Notes: generated by a model not told the origin, from the sequence alone. A stretch of DNA of 64,000 nucleotides from an uncultured Actinomycetes bacterium (GCA_946803585.1 CAMPEQ010000007.1:30451-94450); one strand, 5' to 3'; counted from the stretch's first letter, positions 47,090-55,561 are shown. Made by a program: numbers and translations.

Positions 47090-48670
47090 CTACTGGGGCG
47101 AATCATCGTCGTATGTTTCTCGTGGCATCCGGTTGTGGCCGCCACGCGCGGATAGGTCGGAGATGCCCTCCTCGACTAGTGGTTCGACTGATTGCTCGAG
47201 CCACACTGCAATCCCAAAGTGCGAATGCACCGATGGGTGCCGTGTCTGCTGGCAGTGCTTGATCACTAACGCAGCAGTCACGCCCGCAAGCGCAATGACG
47301 ACGGCCAAGCCGATCGCCATGACGGCGAATGAGACGCTGAACGCCTCAGCTCTTCCCGTACCAGCACTGGTTTGGGTCTGGGTAACTCGCGCAATCACGA
47401 CGGTCGAGATTGACAATCCGACTGCGTACCAGAACTGCCCGATCATGGGCCTTGATGAGGAGACCACCCCAAGGTGTTGAGCGTCGGCCTGGGCAAGCAC
47501 GAGAGCGCCGTACGGAATCGAGGGGAGGATGACACCGAAGCCGCAAATGGCTAGCGCCGGGACATACGCCCATATCGAGTCAGGCTGGCCGAGGGCAGTA
47601 ACAGCGAAGATCAAGAGACCGACGATCAGCGTCACCGTTCCGAGTCCAACCGCTGCGCTCTCGCTCATCCGACCGCTTCCGACCAGGCGCCCAACGATGA
47701 CAATCCCCGCGATCATGGCAAAGAGGTAGGGGAGTTGAGCAGTTGCGACTCCCATACCGCTCAGGCCGTTCTCGAACTGGAACAAATTGCTAAAGGAAAG
47801 TAGTAGCGCACCATTTCCAAGGTTGAAGACGAGGCCTGCCAGAATCGCCGCCGCAAATATGGGCTTGCGAAACAGCCCAACGGGAAACATTGCCGCCTCG
47901 CCTCGATGATGCTCGTAGACGACAAAGGCAACGAGAAGGCCGCAACCGAGGGCGATAGGGCCGAGTGACTGGGGGGCCGTAAGGCTCTCAGTGGCACTAG
48001 ATACTCCGTATAGGAGCCCGATGATTCCGAAGGCTAGTAGCAATTGAGCTACGACATCCCAGTCCTCGTTGGTTGTGATGCTGCGGCGGTCGCGGGGGAG
48101 AACTAGCAGCGTCACTGGGATCGCGATCATTGAAAAGATCGGGATCAATAGGAACGCAGTGCGCCAATCCAAGCCCACGAGGGATGCACCCGAGAACGAC
48201 AAGATCAGGCTGACCGAGAGAGCAGATCCGCCCCACACAGCAATCGCACCTGCGATACCGGCGCTACCTTTGGCGAACTGTTTGATGTAGGCAAAACTCG
48301 CTCCATAGACTGCTCCTAGGCCAATTCCTGCTGCTGCGCGTCCCGCGATGAAGATCCACGAATCGATCGCTACGAATACCAGGAGGTCACCAAGAGCAGT
48401 GACTATCAGCGCCGCGATCAGTACTTTGCGTCGGCCGAGTCGGTCGGCGAACATCCCTGTCGTGATGACAGTGGCCGCTAGCATGAAGGTGCTGACACTG
48501 GCTGCTAAGGCCACAAGAGAGCCCATTCCCAGTGAGCTTCCAGCGGTCAGCAGTGCACTAGAGCTTATGTTTGGATCGGCGTATTGCAGACCAGCCAAGA
48601 AACCCAGGAACATCAACGCAAGGACATGGGAGTTTCCGGACCTGGTGCCTGCGACCCTCGTCTGATTCAA
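47090..48670 (-). CDS. MFS transporter (DHA2/EmrB-like, about 14 TM)
   Basis: 526 aa, polytopic, with MFS motif A-like GMFADRLGRRKV. Confidence 0.85.
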   Translation of the reverse strand: MNQTRVAGTRSGNSHVLALMFLGFLAGLQYADPNISSSALLTAGSSLGMGSLVALAASVSTFMLAATVITTGMFADRLGRRKVLIAALIVTALGDLLVFVAIDSWIFIAGRAAAGIGLGAVYGASFAYIKQFAKGSAGIAGAIAVWGGSALSVSLILSFSGASLVGLDWRTAFLLIPIFSMIAIPVTLLVLPRDRRSITTNEDWDVVAQLLLAFGIIGLLYGVSSATESLTAPQSLGPIALGCGLLVAFVVYEHHRGEAAMFPVGLFRKPIFAAAILAGLVFNLGNGALLLSFSNLFQFENGLSGMGVATAQLPYLFAMIAGIVIVGRLVGSGRMSESAAVGLGTVTLIVGLLIFAVTALGQPDSIWAYVPALAICGFGVILPSIPYGALVLAQADAQHLGVVSSSRPMIGQFWYAVGLSISTVVIARVTQTQTSAGTGRAEAFSVSFAVMAIGLAVVIALAGVTAALVIKHCQQTRHPSVHSHFGIAVWLEQSVEPLVEEGISDLSARGGHNRMPRETYDDDSPQ

Positions 48671-48812
48671 CTCACACGACCCTCAGTTCTGGCTGGCCCG
48701 CCGGACCCCTTAGAACCAACCTACTCGCTGTTCACGAGAGGTTGCGCGCAGAAAATTCCCGTCACAAGTCCGGTTGGCTCACCAGGTCGAACTTTGGATA
48801 GATGGCTAGGTT

Positions 48813-49496
48813 CTAGCAGCAAGCGTCGGAGCAGGATGACTCTGCCGAATTGTCCACTGTTATGGGGCCGCAGCAGTTCTTCCCGCGCCATGCATCAAGA
48901 CCCTCCTTCGCAGCGACGGCAGCGATGATCAGGGCCGCGATGGGATCGGCCCACCACCAGCCGAGCCAACCATTGAGCACCAATCCAAGGAGTAGCACCG
49001 CGGACAGGTAGGTGCAGAGCAGGGTTTGGGTGGAGTCCGCCACCACAGTCGCTGAACCAAGCGCGCGCCCCGTTCGGCGCTGAGCAAGGGATAGGAGGGG
49101 CATGATCGCCAGAGATGCGATAGCTAATCCGATTCCTACCAGTGATTGCTCGGGTCGATGCTGTTGGAACAGCGCCAACACTGCATCCACAGCGACATAG
49201 GCGGCTAGAGCAAGGAAGGAAAGCGCAATCATGCGCAAGGCCAGCTTCTCACGTGACTCGGGTACTCGGTGACGGAACTGCCACAAGATGATCAGTCCGC
49301 TAGCGACCTCAACAATGGAATCTAGCCCGAAGCCGATCAGTGCGCCGGAGCCCGCGACCGTGCCCGCCGCAATGGCGATCCCTGCCTCGACGATGTTGTA
49401 TGAGACGCTGGCGCCAGCGAGAAGTTGCGCACGCCGCCCGAGTTTGACTCGATCTTCAGTCGGAGACAACTGCCGATCATCCGTTGAGGTGCTCAC
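48813..49496 (-). CDS. Cation diffusion facilitator family metal efflux protein with Cys-rich C-terminus
   Basis: Six-TM CDF core (SVSYNIVEAGIAIAAG..., FGLDSIVEV). The tail is GKNCCGP...SSCSDACC. GTGA overlap with the ArsR gene. Confidence 0.85.
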   Translation of the reverse strand: MSTSTDDRQLSPTEDRVKLGRRAQLLAGASVSYNIVEAGIAIAAGTVAGSGALIGFGLDSIVEVASGLIILWQFRHRVPESREKLALRMIALSFLALAAYVAVDAVLALFQQHRPEQSLVGIGLAIASLAIMPLLSLAQRRTGRALGSATVVADSTQTLLCTYLSAVLLLGLVLNGWLGWWWADPIAALIIAAVAAKEGLDAWRGKNCCGPITVDNSAESSCSDACC

Positions 49497-49867
49497 AGTG
49501 CTTGCTCTCCATAGATGGGGCAGAGCGACACCGCATTGCCGGTTGCTCCTAGTAGCGTTTCGGCCGCTTGAAGTAGATCGATCAGTTCCGGCCGCGCCAG
49601 CGAGTACACCGACGCCCTACCTTGTGCGCGCACGCTGACTAGGCCGCAATCGCGCAAGCATGCCAGGTGCGCTGACACCGTAGATTGAGCCAGACCAAGA
49701 TGCGTGGTCAGCTCCACTACTTTGTGATCGCCGCCTGCCAGGTGGCGGACGATCCTTAGCCTGGTGGGGTCACCCAGACTACGGAAGAGTGCACCAGCGG
49801 CTGATACATCGTCGAAGGTTTGTTGGTCTTTGAAGTCCGACCTCGTACCCGTCTCATTCATCGCCAT
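49493..49867 (-). CDS. ArsR/SmtB-family metalloregulator (CmtR-like cysteine pattern)
   Basis: HTH region LGDPTRLRIVRHL...LAQSTVSAHLACLRDCGLV. Cys residues in the CLRDC motif plus a C-terminal LCPIYG. Confidence 0.9.
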   Translation of the reverse strand: MAMNETGTRSDFKDQQTFDDVSAAGALFRSLGDPTRLRIVRHLAGGDHKVVELTTHLGLAQSTVSAHLACLRDCGLVSVRAQGRASVYSLARPELIDLLQAAETLLGATGNAVSLCPIYGEQAL

Positions 49868-49873
49868 TTATCG

Positions 49874-49903
49874 ATGATAGCGCTTGATGGCTGTGAATGT
49901 CAC
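49874..49903 (-). promoter_or_regulatory. Candidate promoter of the arsR-CDF operon, leaderless
   Basis: On the minus strand, GTGACA is at 49903-49898 and TATCAT at 49879-49874, with an 18-nt spacer. The -10 element ends 6 nt before ATG 49867. TATC-gat-GATA dyad overlaps it. Confidence 0.5.
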
Positions 49904-50199
49904 GACCCGTCAGGATGCGGCAGATCGCTCTAGCAGGTGTCGCTAAGAGAGGGTCCGTAAGAAACCTTGTGGGTGAGTCTTCTGTCTGATTTCCACAGCT
50001 AGCCGCTGTGGGCTGGAGAAGATAAATCATGGAGGAGAAGAGCAGTAGGAATGAGTCGGTGTCGGGAGTTGTGATCCCCGCATCGCTACCTCGACCGTTT
50101 TCCCCTGCTCCGTCCAACCCACCCACGGACACCGCATCGCCCGCAGACAATAAGGGCCCTAATGTGCCGCCGCAACCTCCTTGGGCCAGCGGGGTGGCA

Positions 50200-50898
50200 A
50201 TGATCAGCTTCAGATGCCTGAGGTCACTACGGTCGACACTGATGAAGCCACAAACCGCCGCGGTTGCCCTCGTCCCACTGGTCACGCTCTGCGTTTCGCT
50301 TGCGCCAGCAGCGGGCGCGGCCTCGGCGGCAGACGGTGCGACGGCGGTGGTTGGGCAGTGCCCGTCGAGTGTGTTTGTGATCGGTGACTCGCTGACGGAT
50401 GCTTCGCGTGGGGGAGCGGGCAAGTACGTTCCCCGGGTGTTTTCTCGGATGGGGATCCACGCCAGTGTGTATGGCCGAAATGGTCTCTCCACTCGGGGTG
50501 CGCTGAATGAGAGGTTCCGGGCGGGGTTCGGCTCGAAGCAGGCAAAAGCAGCGCCGGTGTGGATTGTTGCGCTGGGAACTAACGACCAAGCCCGCTACGG
50601 TTTCGGCACCAATGTTCGTGCGGTGATGCGCCTGGCGAACAAGCTGGACAAGCAGGTGTGGTGGGTGAACACCTCTCGGCCGCGGGGCTGGCAGGAGGGG
50701 CCGGGCGGGCCGGTCAATCGGATCTTGCGTAAGGAATCGAAGCGATACACAAACCTGCGGATCATCAACTACCGCAAACTCGTCAAACAACAACCACGCC
50801 TACTCGCCGGTGATCGCGTCCATATGACGACCCGGGGTTCGAAGTGGCGCGCCCGACTCTACGCTTCACCATTTCACGGATGTGTCCCCACGAGTTAG
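50200..50898 (+). CDS. Secreted SGNH/GDSL-family hydrolase
   Basis: Signal peptide followed by block I VFVIGDSLTD. ALGTND and a late D..H (GDRVHMT). The start is ATG 50200 or 50242. The Pro-rich N-terminal part of the ORF-track model is unlikely to be coding. Confidence 0.75.
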   Translation: MISFRCLRSLRSTLMKPQTAAVALVPLVTLCVSLAPAAGAASAADGATAVVGQCPSSVFVIGDSLTDASRGGAGKYVPRVFSRMGIHASVYGRNGLSTRGALNERFRAGFGSKQAKAAPVWIVALGTNDQARYGFGTNVRAVMRLANKLDKQVWWVNTSRPRGWQEGPGGPVNRILRKESKRYTNLRIINYRKLVKQQPRLLAGDRVHMTTRGSKWRARLYASPFHGCVPTS

Positions 50899-50990
50899 CG
50901 TCATCCGCAGAGTCCGATCCGAAATGCGCAGCGCTCCAGACACGACCGTAGGAGCCACAGGTGGGTCCGGATAGCGCACTAATCGAATCG

Positions 50991-51054
50991 ATTGCATGAG
51001 ATGCGATATCAACCTTCAAGTTGACATGATATATCTTATCGGTGCTTTTGTACG
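50991..51054 (+). repeat. Copy 1 of a ~62-bp palindrome-rich element (upstream of phd/relE)
   Basis: ATTGCATgagATGCGATATCA-7nt-AGTTGACATGATATATCTTATCGGTGCTTTTGTACG. Roughly three quarters of positions match copy 2 by hand alignment. Confidence 0.8.
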
Positions 51055-51103
51055 TCACCGTTTGATATGTACGTTCTCGCACATTGTTGCTACCCTGGCA
51101 ACT

Positions 51104-51364
51104 ATGTCCGAGATCAGCGTGACCGAAGCGCGCACCAAACTGGCCGACGTCGTCGACGACGCCCGCGTCAGTCACACACCTGTCTATCTGACCAGGCGAG
51201 GGAAACGAATCGCCGCCGTCGTCGATGCCGATGACCTTGACCAGCTACTCAGAGACGCCGAGGATGCGGCCGATATTGCGGCAGCGGCACAGGCGCGCGA
51301 CGGCCTCGCGGGCGGCGATGTCTCCATCCCGTGGGACGAGGTCAAAGCCGATCTCGGAGTGTAA
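51104..51364 (+). CDS. Type II antitoxin, Phd/YefM family
   Basis: 86 aa. The N-terminus ISVTEARTKLADVVDDARVSHTPVYLTRRGKRIAAVV is the Phd/YefM fold signature. Confidence 0.85.
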   Translation: MSEISVTEARTKLADVVDDARVSHTPVYLTRRGKRIAAVVDADDLDQLLRDAEDAADIAAAAQARDGLAGGDVSIPWDEVKADLGV

Positions 51365-51368
51365 GGCT

Positions 51369-51632
51369 GTGCGCTACACCGTTGAGTTGACACCATCGGC
51401 AGCCCGCCGTCTCAAGAAGTTGGACCCTGCCGCCCGTGCACGGATCCGCGGCACTATCGAACTTCTGCACGACAATCCGCGCCCGCCAGCAGCAACCCAA
51501 CTCGTCGGTGGTGGCGGTGAGTGGCGGGTCCGGACCGGCGACTACCGCGTCATATACGACATCGACGACCACATCGTCCGGATCCTCGTTGTGGCCATCG
51601 GCCACCGAAAAGACATCTACCGACGACGCTAG
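51369..51632 (+). CDS. Type II toxin, RelE/ParE family
   Basis: GTG start 4 nt after the antitoxin stop. 87 aa with ...WRVRTGDYRVIYDIDDHIVRILVVAIGHRKDIY, a typical RelE/ParE C-terminus. Confidence 0.85.
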   Translation: MRYTVELTPSAARRLKKLDPAARARIRGTIELLHDNPRPPAATQLVGGGGEWRVRTGDYRVIYDIDDHIVRILVVAIGHRKDIYRRR

Positions 51633-51634
51633 CC

Positions 51635-51829
51635 GACACGATCGTGTCCGACATGCTGGCCTGGCAGAACCGGCCCCTGGACGCGGCGTATCCGGTCATC
51701 CTCATCGACGCGATCGTCATCAAAGTTCGGGAAGGCCAAGTAGCTAATCGCCCCGTCTATGTGGCCCTGGGAATCACCATGGACGGCCAACGAGACGTCC
51801 TGGGCATGTGGATGGGGCCATCGGGAGAG
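51635..51829 (+). pseudogene. Internal fragment of an IS256-family (mutator-type) transposase
   Basis: TIVSDMLAWQNRPLDAAYPVILIDAIVIKVREGQVANRPVYVALGITMDGQRDVLGMWMGPSGE matches the central WQxRPL...DA...KVR...G...DG.RDVLG.W block. Only ~65 codons are present, with no start and both ends missing. Confidence 0.75.
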
Positions 51830-51831
51830 AT

Positions 51832-51893
51832 ATTGCATCAGATGCAATATCAGGTCGTTTAGTTGACATAATGTACATTATCGGCACTTTACG
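51832..51893 (+). repeat. Copy 2 of the ~62-bp palindrome-rich element
   Basis: ATTGCATcagATGCAAT is a perfect 7-3-7 dyad. It is followed by AGTTGACATAATGTACATTATCGGCACTTTACG, which contains the perfect 14-bp palindrome ATAATGTACATTAT (51868-51881). Confidence 0.8.
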
Positions 51894-52172
51894 AATGGAC
51901 CACTGCATGCCCGCAATCAGGATGAGCGGTGTCTGAGGCACGTAGCTATTGAACGTCGATCGACGATATTGTTGGGGCGCTCTGCGTTGGTGGCCTTGAG
52001 GTTGCGGCCACTCTTGGCGTACCTCTGATCATGCTGTCGTTGGCGATTCCGCTGCAACTGGTGCTCCTGTATGCCCTCGCGCATAGTTCTAAATCGAAGA
52101 CAGGACTGCGCGAATTTTCGTCGAAAGATCTGGGTTCGGCTTAGGTTCGCCTCGATCCAACGTAGTCTCGAA

Positions 52173-54137
52173 ATGATGTCTGCTCTTCGAAGTCACAAGT
52201 CTCTGCGCAATTTTGTCACCAGTTCACTCGTTCTAGGAGTGATCGCGACGACGATTGTTGACTCCCCCGCCAGTGCCATCGAACCTCAAATTGGTTTACC
52301 GACGGCCGCACTCTCGTCGCCAATTACAGCGGATGACCCGCTCTACGCGGAACCGGATCCCGGTGTTCTGCCGGAATTCAGTGAACCAGGAATTCCACAA
52401 AGTAGGGCTCAATCGTCAAGGGCCGCCAGCCAGTGCCAGTACGGCACATGGGCAGCAAACGACAAGGACGAGGCAGACGCCAAGAGGATGATGGCGGGTT
52501 GGGCACGCGTCGGACACTATGGGACTTTTCGGCTGAAGAAGAACCCCAACTGGCGCCACACCAACGCGCTCGATTACAGCGGGAACGGCCACATGCACTC
52601 CTTGGATTGGGCACTTCCCCTGCTGCGCCACGGCTTGCGCGCGGGAAAGCAAAAGATGGTCAAGCGCTTCTACAAAATCGTTCTGGACTGGATCAAGGAC
52701 AATCCGCCGAATAACCCGCGGCAGTGGAAGGCATACGGCCAGATCGAGTCCGGTTTCCGCATGATCACGCTGACATGTGCGCTAGCCGGGCCTGTTCCAA
52801 CTAAGAAGAAACGTAAGAAGATCGTCAAGTCCATGAAGCTCCAGGCAACCGTGGCACAGAAGCGATGGGTGAACTACAACAATGTGTCGTTCCTGCAAGC
52901 TGCTGGAATCTTTGCCGTCGGATGTGCCCTTGGTCAGAAGAAGACGCTGAAAAAGGGTAAGAAGTTGATGGGTAAGAACTCGAAGAAGATGATTGCCAAA
53001 GATGGGTCTGTTCGAGAGGGCTCGTTGCTCTACGCCCGCAACACCTATCTGTGGACCGGCCAAGAGATTGCCCGAATGCGCGCGTGCGGGAAGGCGCCTG
53101 GTCCTAAGCTGCGTCGGTCCGAACGGATAGCCGACTTCCTCGCTCAGGGAGCGAGACCTGATCGACGCTACGAAGCCCTCGGTGATGGTGGAACCAAGAA
53201 GGTTAAGAAAGCCGAAACCCCGGCGGGTTCGCTACTGCGGTACGTGGCAACGAAGGGCGCTGACGGTTCCCGACCGCAGAGTTTGTACCGGACATACTCG
53301 TCAGGGTTCATCTTTGGCCACTCAGGTTTTGGCCAAGAGCGCAAGTACGCCAAGGAGACCTACTACTCCGTTCGGACCGGACCTGGCCCGGCGTCGGAGT
53401 ACCACGCACATTACGACGCGGCGGCACTGACGGTCGCATCGCGAGGCGACCAGCTGCTGTTCGATACCGGGCCGTACCGTTACATCAAGAACTCGAAGGC
53501 GACCTACATTCGCAGTCGGAGCGCTCACAACAACGTCAATATCGACGGCCTATCCGCTGGTGGGCCACGTCCAACAGTTACTGCCGCCGCATCATCGGTG
53601 GCCGGTGACTTCACCTCAATCGTCGACGGCGCGTACGCGAACACACACCTCCAGCGAACAATTTGGTACGACCGGATCGGCGACTTCTTTATCGTCATGG
53701 ACGACGTCGGGCCAGCTAGCCCCGCAACGTTCTACGCCAACTGGAATCTTGGTCGATATCGGACAGTGGTGATCGACGGCCAGAGCGCAGCAACCGAGGG
53801 CACGGGAGCGAACGTTTCGATTATCAACGTAGCGAGCCCAGTCACGCTATCGAGTGCGGCGGGCAGCAAAGACCCTTGGCGCGGATGGAACTCCACGGAG
53901 TACGGCGAGTTGGTGGCTTCACCGACATTGCGAGCGGCCGCAGCCAGTCCCACAACCCGGCTCGTCACCGTGATCGTTCCCCGATCGGCCGGGGTAGCTG
54001 CCGACACGGTCAGCGCGACCGGTGATCTGACCGCGACGGGCGCGGTGGTGACGACGGTCGTGAATGGCGTTGAGTACAGCCGTTCGATCTCCACGACAGG
54101 TGTGACATCGATTGATGTAGAGCCTGAACTACCCTAG
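52173..54137 (+). CDS. Secreted heparinase II/III-like (alginate-lyase-fold) protein
   Basis: Signal peptide (VLGVIATTIVDSPASA). N-terminal alpha/alpha-toroid-like region (HSLDWALPLL...) and C-terminal Hepar_II_III block (YHAHYDAAALTVASRGDQLLFDTGPYRY...RSAHNNVNIDG). I placed the start at ATG 52173. Confidence 0.8.
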   Translation: MMSALRSHKSLRNFVTSSLVLGVIATTIVDSPASAIEPQIGLPTAALSSPITADDPLYAEPDPGVLPEFSEPGIPQSRAQSSRAASQCQYGTWAANDKDEADAKRMMAGWARVGHYGTFRLKKNPNWRHTNALDYSGNGHMHSLDWALPLLRHGLRAGKQKMVKRFYKIVLDWIKDNPPNNPRQWKAYGQIESGFRMITLTCALAGPVPTKKKRKKIVKSMKLQATVAQKRWVNYNNVSFLQAAGIFAVGCALGQKKTLKKGKKLMGKNSKKMIAKDGSVREGSLLYARNTYLWTGQEIARMRACGKAPGPKLRRSERIADFLAQGARPDRRYEALGDGGTKKVKKAETPAGSLLRYVATKGADGSRPQSLYRTYSSGFIFGHSGFGQERKYAKETYYSVRTGPGPASEYHAHYDAAALTVASRGDQLLFDTGPYRYIKNSKATYIRSRSAHNNVNIDGLSAGGPRPTVTAAASSVAGDFTSIVDGAYANTHLQRTIWYDRIGDFFIVMDDVGPASPATFYANWNLGRYRTVVIDGQSAATEGTGANVSIINVASPVTLSSAAGSKDPWRGWNSTEYGELVASPTLRAAAASPTTRLVTVIVPRSAGVAADTVSATGDLTATGAVVTTVVNGVEYSRSISTTGVTSIDVEPELP

Positions 54138-54141
54138 AGCT

Positions 54142-54969
54142 GTGAACGCATCGGCTGGCCGGGACAGCGCACACCCGTTTCTGGCGATACCGGGGCCTAT
54201 CGGGTTAGCACACCGAGGCGGTGGCCGCGAGGCTCCTGAGAACTCACTCACGGCATTCCGTAACGCTCACAAGCTAGGGTTTCGCTACTTTGAGACCGAT
54301 GTTCGTGCCACCGCAGATGGCAAAGTCATGGTCTTTCACGATGCGACTCTTAGCCGCGTGACCGGGCGGGTTGGTCGCATCAGCGCGCTGCCGTATAGCG
54401 AGGTTCGGCGCGCGAAGATTGGCGGTGTCGACGAGATCATGCGGCTTGAGGAGCTCTTCGAGGAGTTCCCTGAGACCAACATCAATATCGATGTCAAGGA
54501 CGACAGAACCGTCGAACCGTTCTTAGCGATGATGCGCGGTAGCGCCTATGCGGATCGGGTATGCGTCGCGTCTTTTAGTAATTCACGGTTGCGGTCTATT
54601 CGTCGTGAGCTCGGTGGATCCATTGTTACTGCCCTTTCCCCCAATGAGGTTGCGGCCCTGGCAGCATCATCTCGAATGGGTCCGATCGCGAGGCGGCTCT
54701 CAGGTCTTGTTCTGTCCGACTCGGCTAAGTGCGTGCAGGTGCCGGTCAAGCAAAGCGGAGTGCCAATCGTCACGAAGCGATTTGTCGACACCGCGCATAG
54801 AAAGGGCCTAGTCGTTCACGTATGGACGATCAATGATGAGGACGAGATGCGTCGCCTGTTAGACCTAGGTGTTGATGGCATCGTGACTGATCGCCCAACT
54901 GTGTTCAATCGACTCCTGGCGAAGCGGAACGAAGCGAGGGCGCTACCCTCGAAACCCGTACTCAATTGA
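54142..54969 (+). CDS. Glycerophosphodiester phosphodiesterase family protein
   Basis: GLAHRGGGREAPENSLTAF...FETDVRATADGKVMVFHD, the GDPD catalytic motifs. Confidence 0.9.
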   Translation: MNASAGRDSAHPFLAIPGPIGLAHRGGGREAPENSLTAFRNAHKLGFRYFETDVRATADGKVMVFHDATLSRVTGRVGRISALPYSEVRRAKIGGVDEIMRLEELFEEFPETNINIDVKDDRTVEPFLAMMRGSAYADRVCVASFSNSRLRSIRRELGGSIVTALSPNEVAALAASSRMGPIARRLSGLVLSDSAKCVQVPVKQSGVPIVTKRFVDTAHRKGLVVHVWTINDEDEMRRLLDLGVDGIVTDRPTVFNRLLAKRNEARALPSKPVLN

Positions 54970-55067
54970 CATCGAAGAAACTGCCTGACAAGACGGCACC
55001 GATGTGCAGCTGGGTACGTCCAACAGAAAGAAAGAAATGCTGAATGAGGTTTCGGACAACCTTGTCT

Positions 55068-55093
55068 GGGAATAACAGCCAACAAGTCACGTT
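55068..55093 (+). promoter_or_regulatory. Candidate SigR/SigH-type promoter upstream of rbpA
   Basis: GGGAAT (55068-55073), a 17-nt spacer, GTTG (55091-55094), ~70 nt before the rbpA start. Confidence 0.4.
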
Positions 55094-55163
55094 GTGGAGT
55101 TAGCACCACGACATTAAGTGTGAGCAGAGAAAACAACCAGACGACAGCGTCTGAGGGCGAAAG

Positions 55164-55553
55164 GTGACAGATATGAGCGACGGAGCACTGCGCGGTTCGC
55201 GTCTTGGAGCAACGAGCTACGAGACAGACTCCCACGTTGAAATGGCCCCACGTCAGCCAGTTTCCTACGACTGCCCCAACGGCCACGTAACGACAATGCC
55301 GTTCTCCCTCGAGGCGGAGGTCCCACTGGTGTGGGAATGCCGCTGCGGGTCAGAAGCGCTTCTGCGCGATGGTGATCGACCGGAGCCAAAGTACGTAAAG
55401 CCAGCCCGTACTCACTGGGACATGCTGATGGAGCGTCGTACCAAAGAGGACCTACAGGTTCTGCTTGATGAGCGACTAGATCTTCTCCGCAGCGATCGGG
55501 CAACTGTCAGCGCTGGCCGTCCAAGCGCACCGCGCCGTAAGAAGAGCGCCTAG
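55164..55553 (+). CDS. rbpA: RNA polymerase-binding protein RbpA
   Basis: LRGSRLGATSYETD..., zinc/core region YDCPNGH...WECRCG, and sigma-interaction helix ARTHWDMLMERRT. The start is GTG 55164 or ATG 55173. Confidence 0.9.
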   Translation: MTDMSDGALRGSRLGATSYETDSHVEMAPRQPVSYDCPNGHVTTMPFSLEAEVPLVWECRCGSEALLRDGDRPEPKYVKPARTHWDMLMERRTKEDLQVLLDERLDLLRSDRATVSAGRPSAPRRKKSA

Positions 55554-55561
55554 TACTAGCA

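Noticed and set aside
49854-50492. A 212-aa minus-strand ORF overlapping the start of the SGNH hydrolase gene.
   Set aside because: No recognisable domain or ribosome-binding site. It would also overlap the arsR start region. The plus-strand frame carries the GDSL block I motif and a signal peptide.
50991-51893. The two 62-bp repeats as integron attC sites bounding a toxin-antitoxin gene cassette.
   Set aside because: I see no RYYYAAC/GTTRRRY core pair at the ends. The internal dyads do not have the attC R''-L''/L'-R' layout. No intI gene or attI site is in the window. Integrons are also rare in actinobacteria.
51894-52172. A possible small membrane ORF or gene remnant (...IVGALCVGGLEVAATLGVPLIMLSLAIPLQLVLLYALAHSSKSK...) between repeat copy 2 and the heparinase-like gene.
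   Set aside because: It has only ~60 codons after a stop, no convincing start or ribosome-binding site, and it overlaps the upstream region of the next gene. It may be a fragment of a deleted membrane-protein gene, but I cannot support it as a feature.
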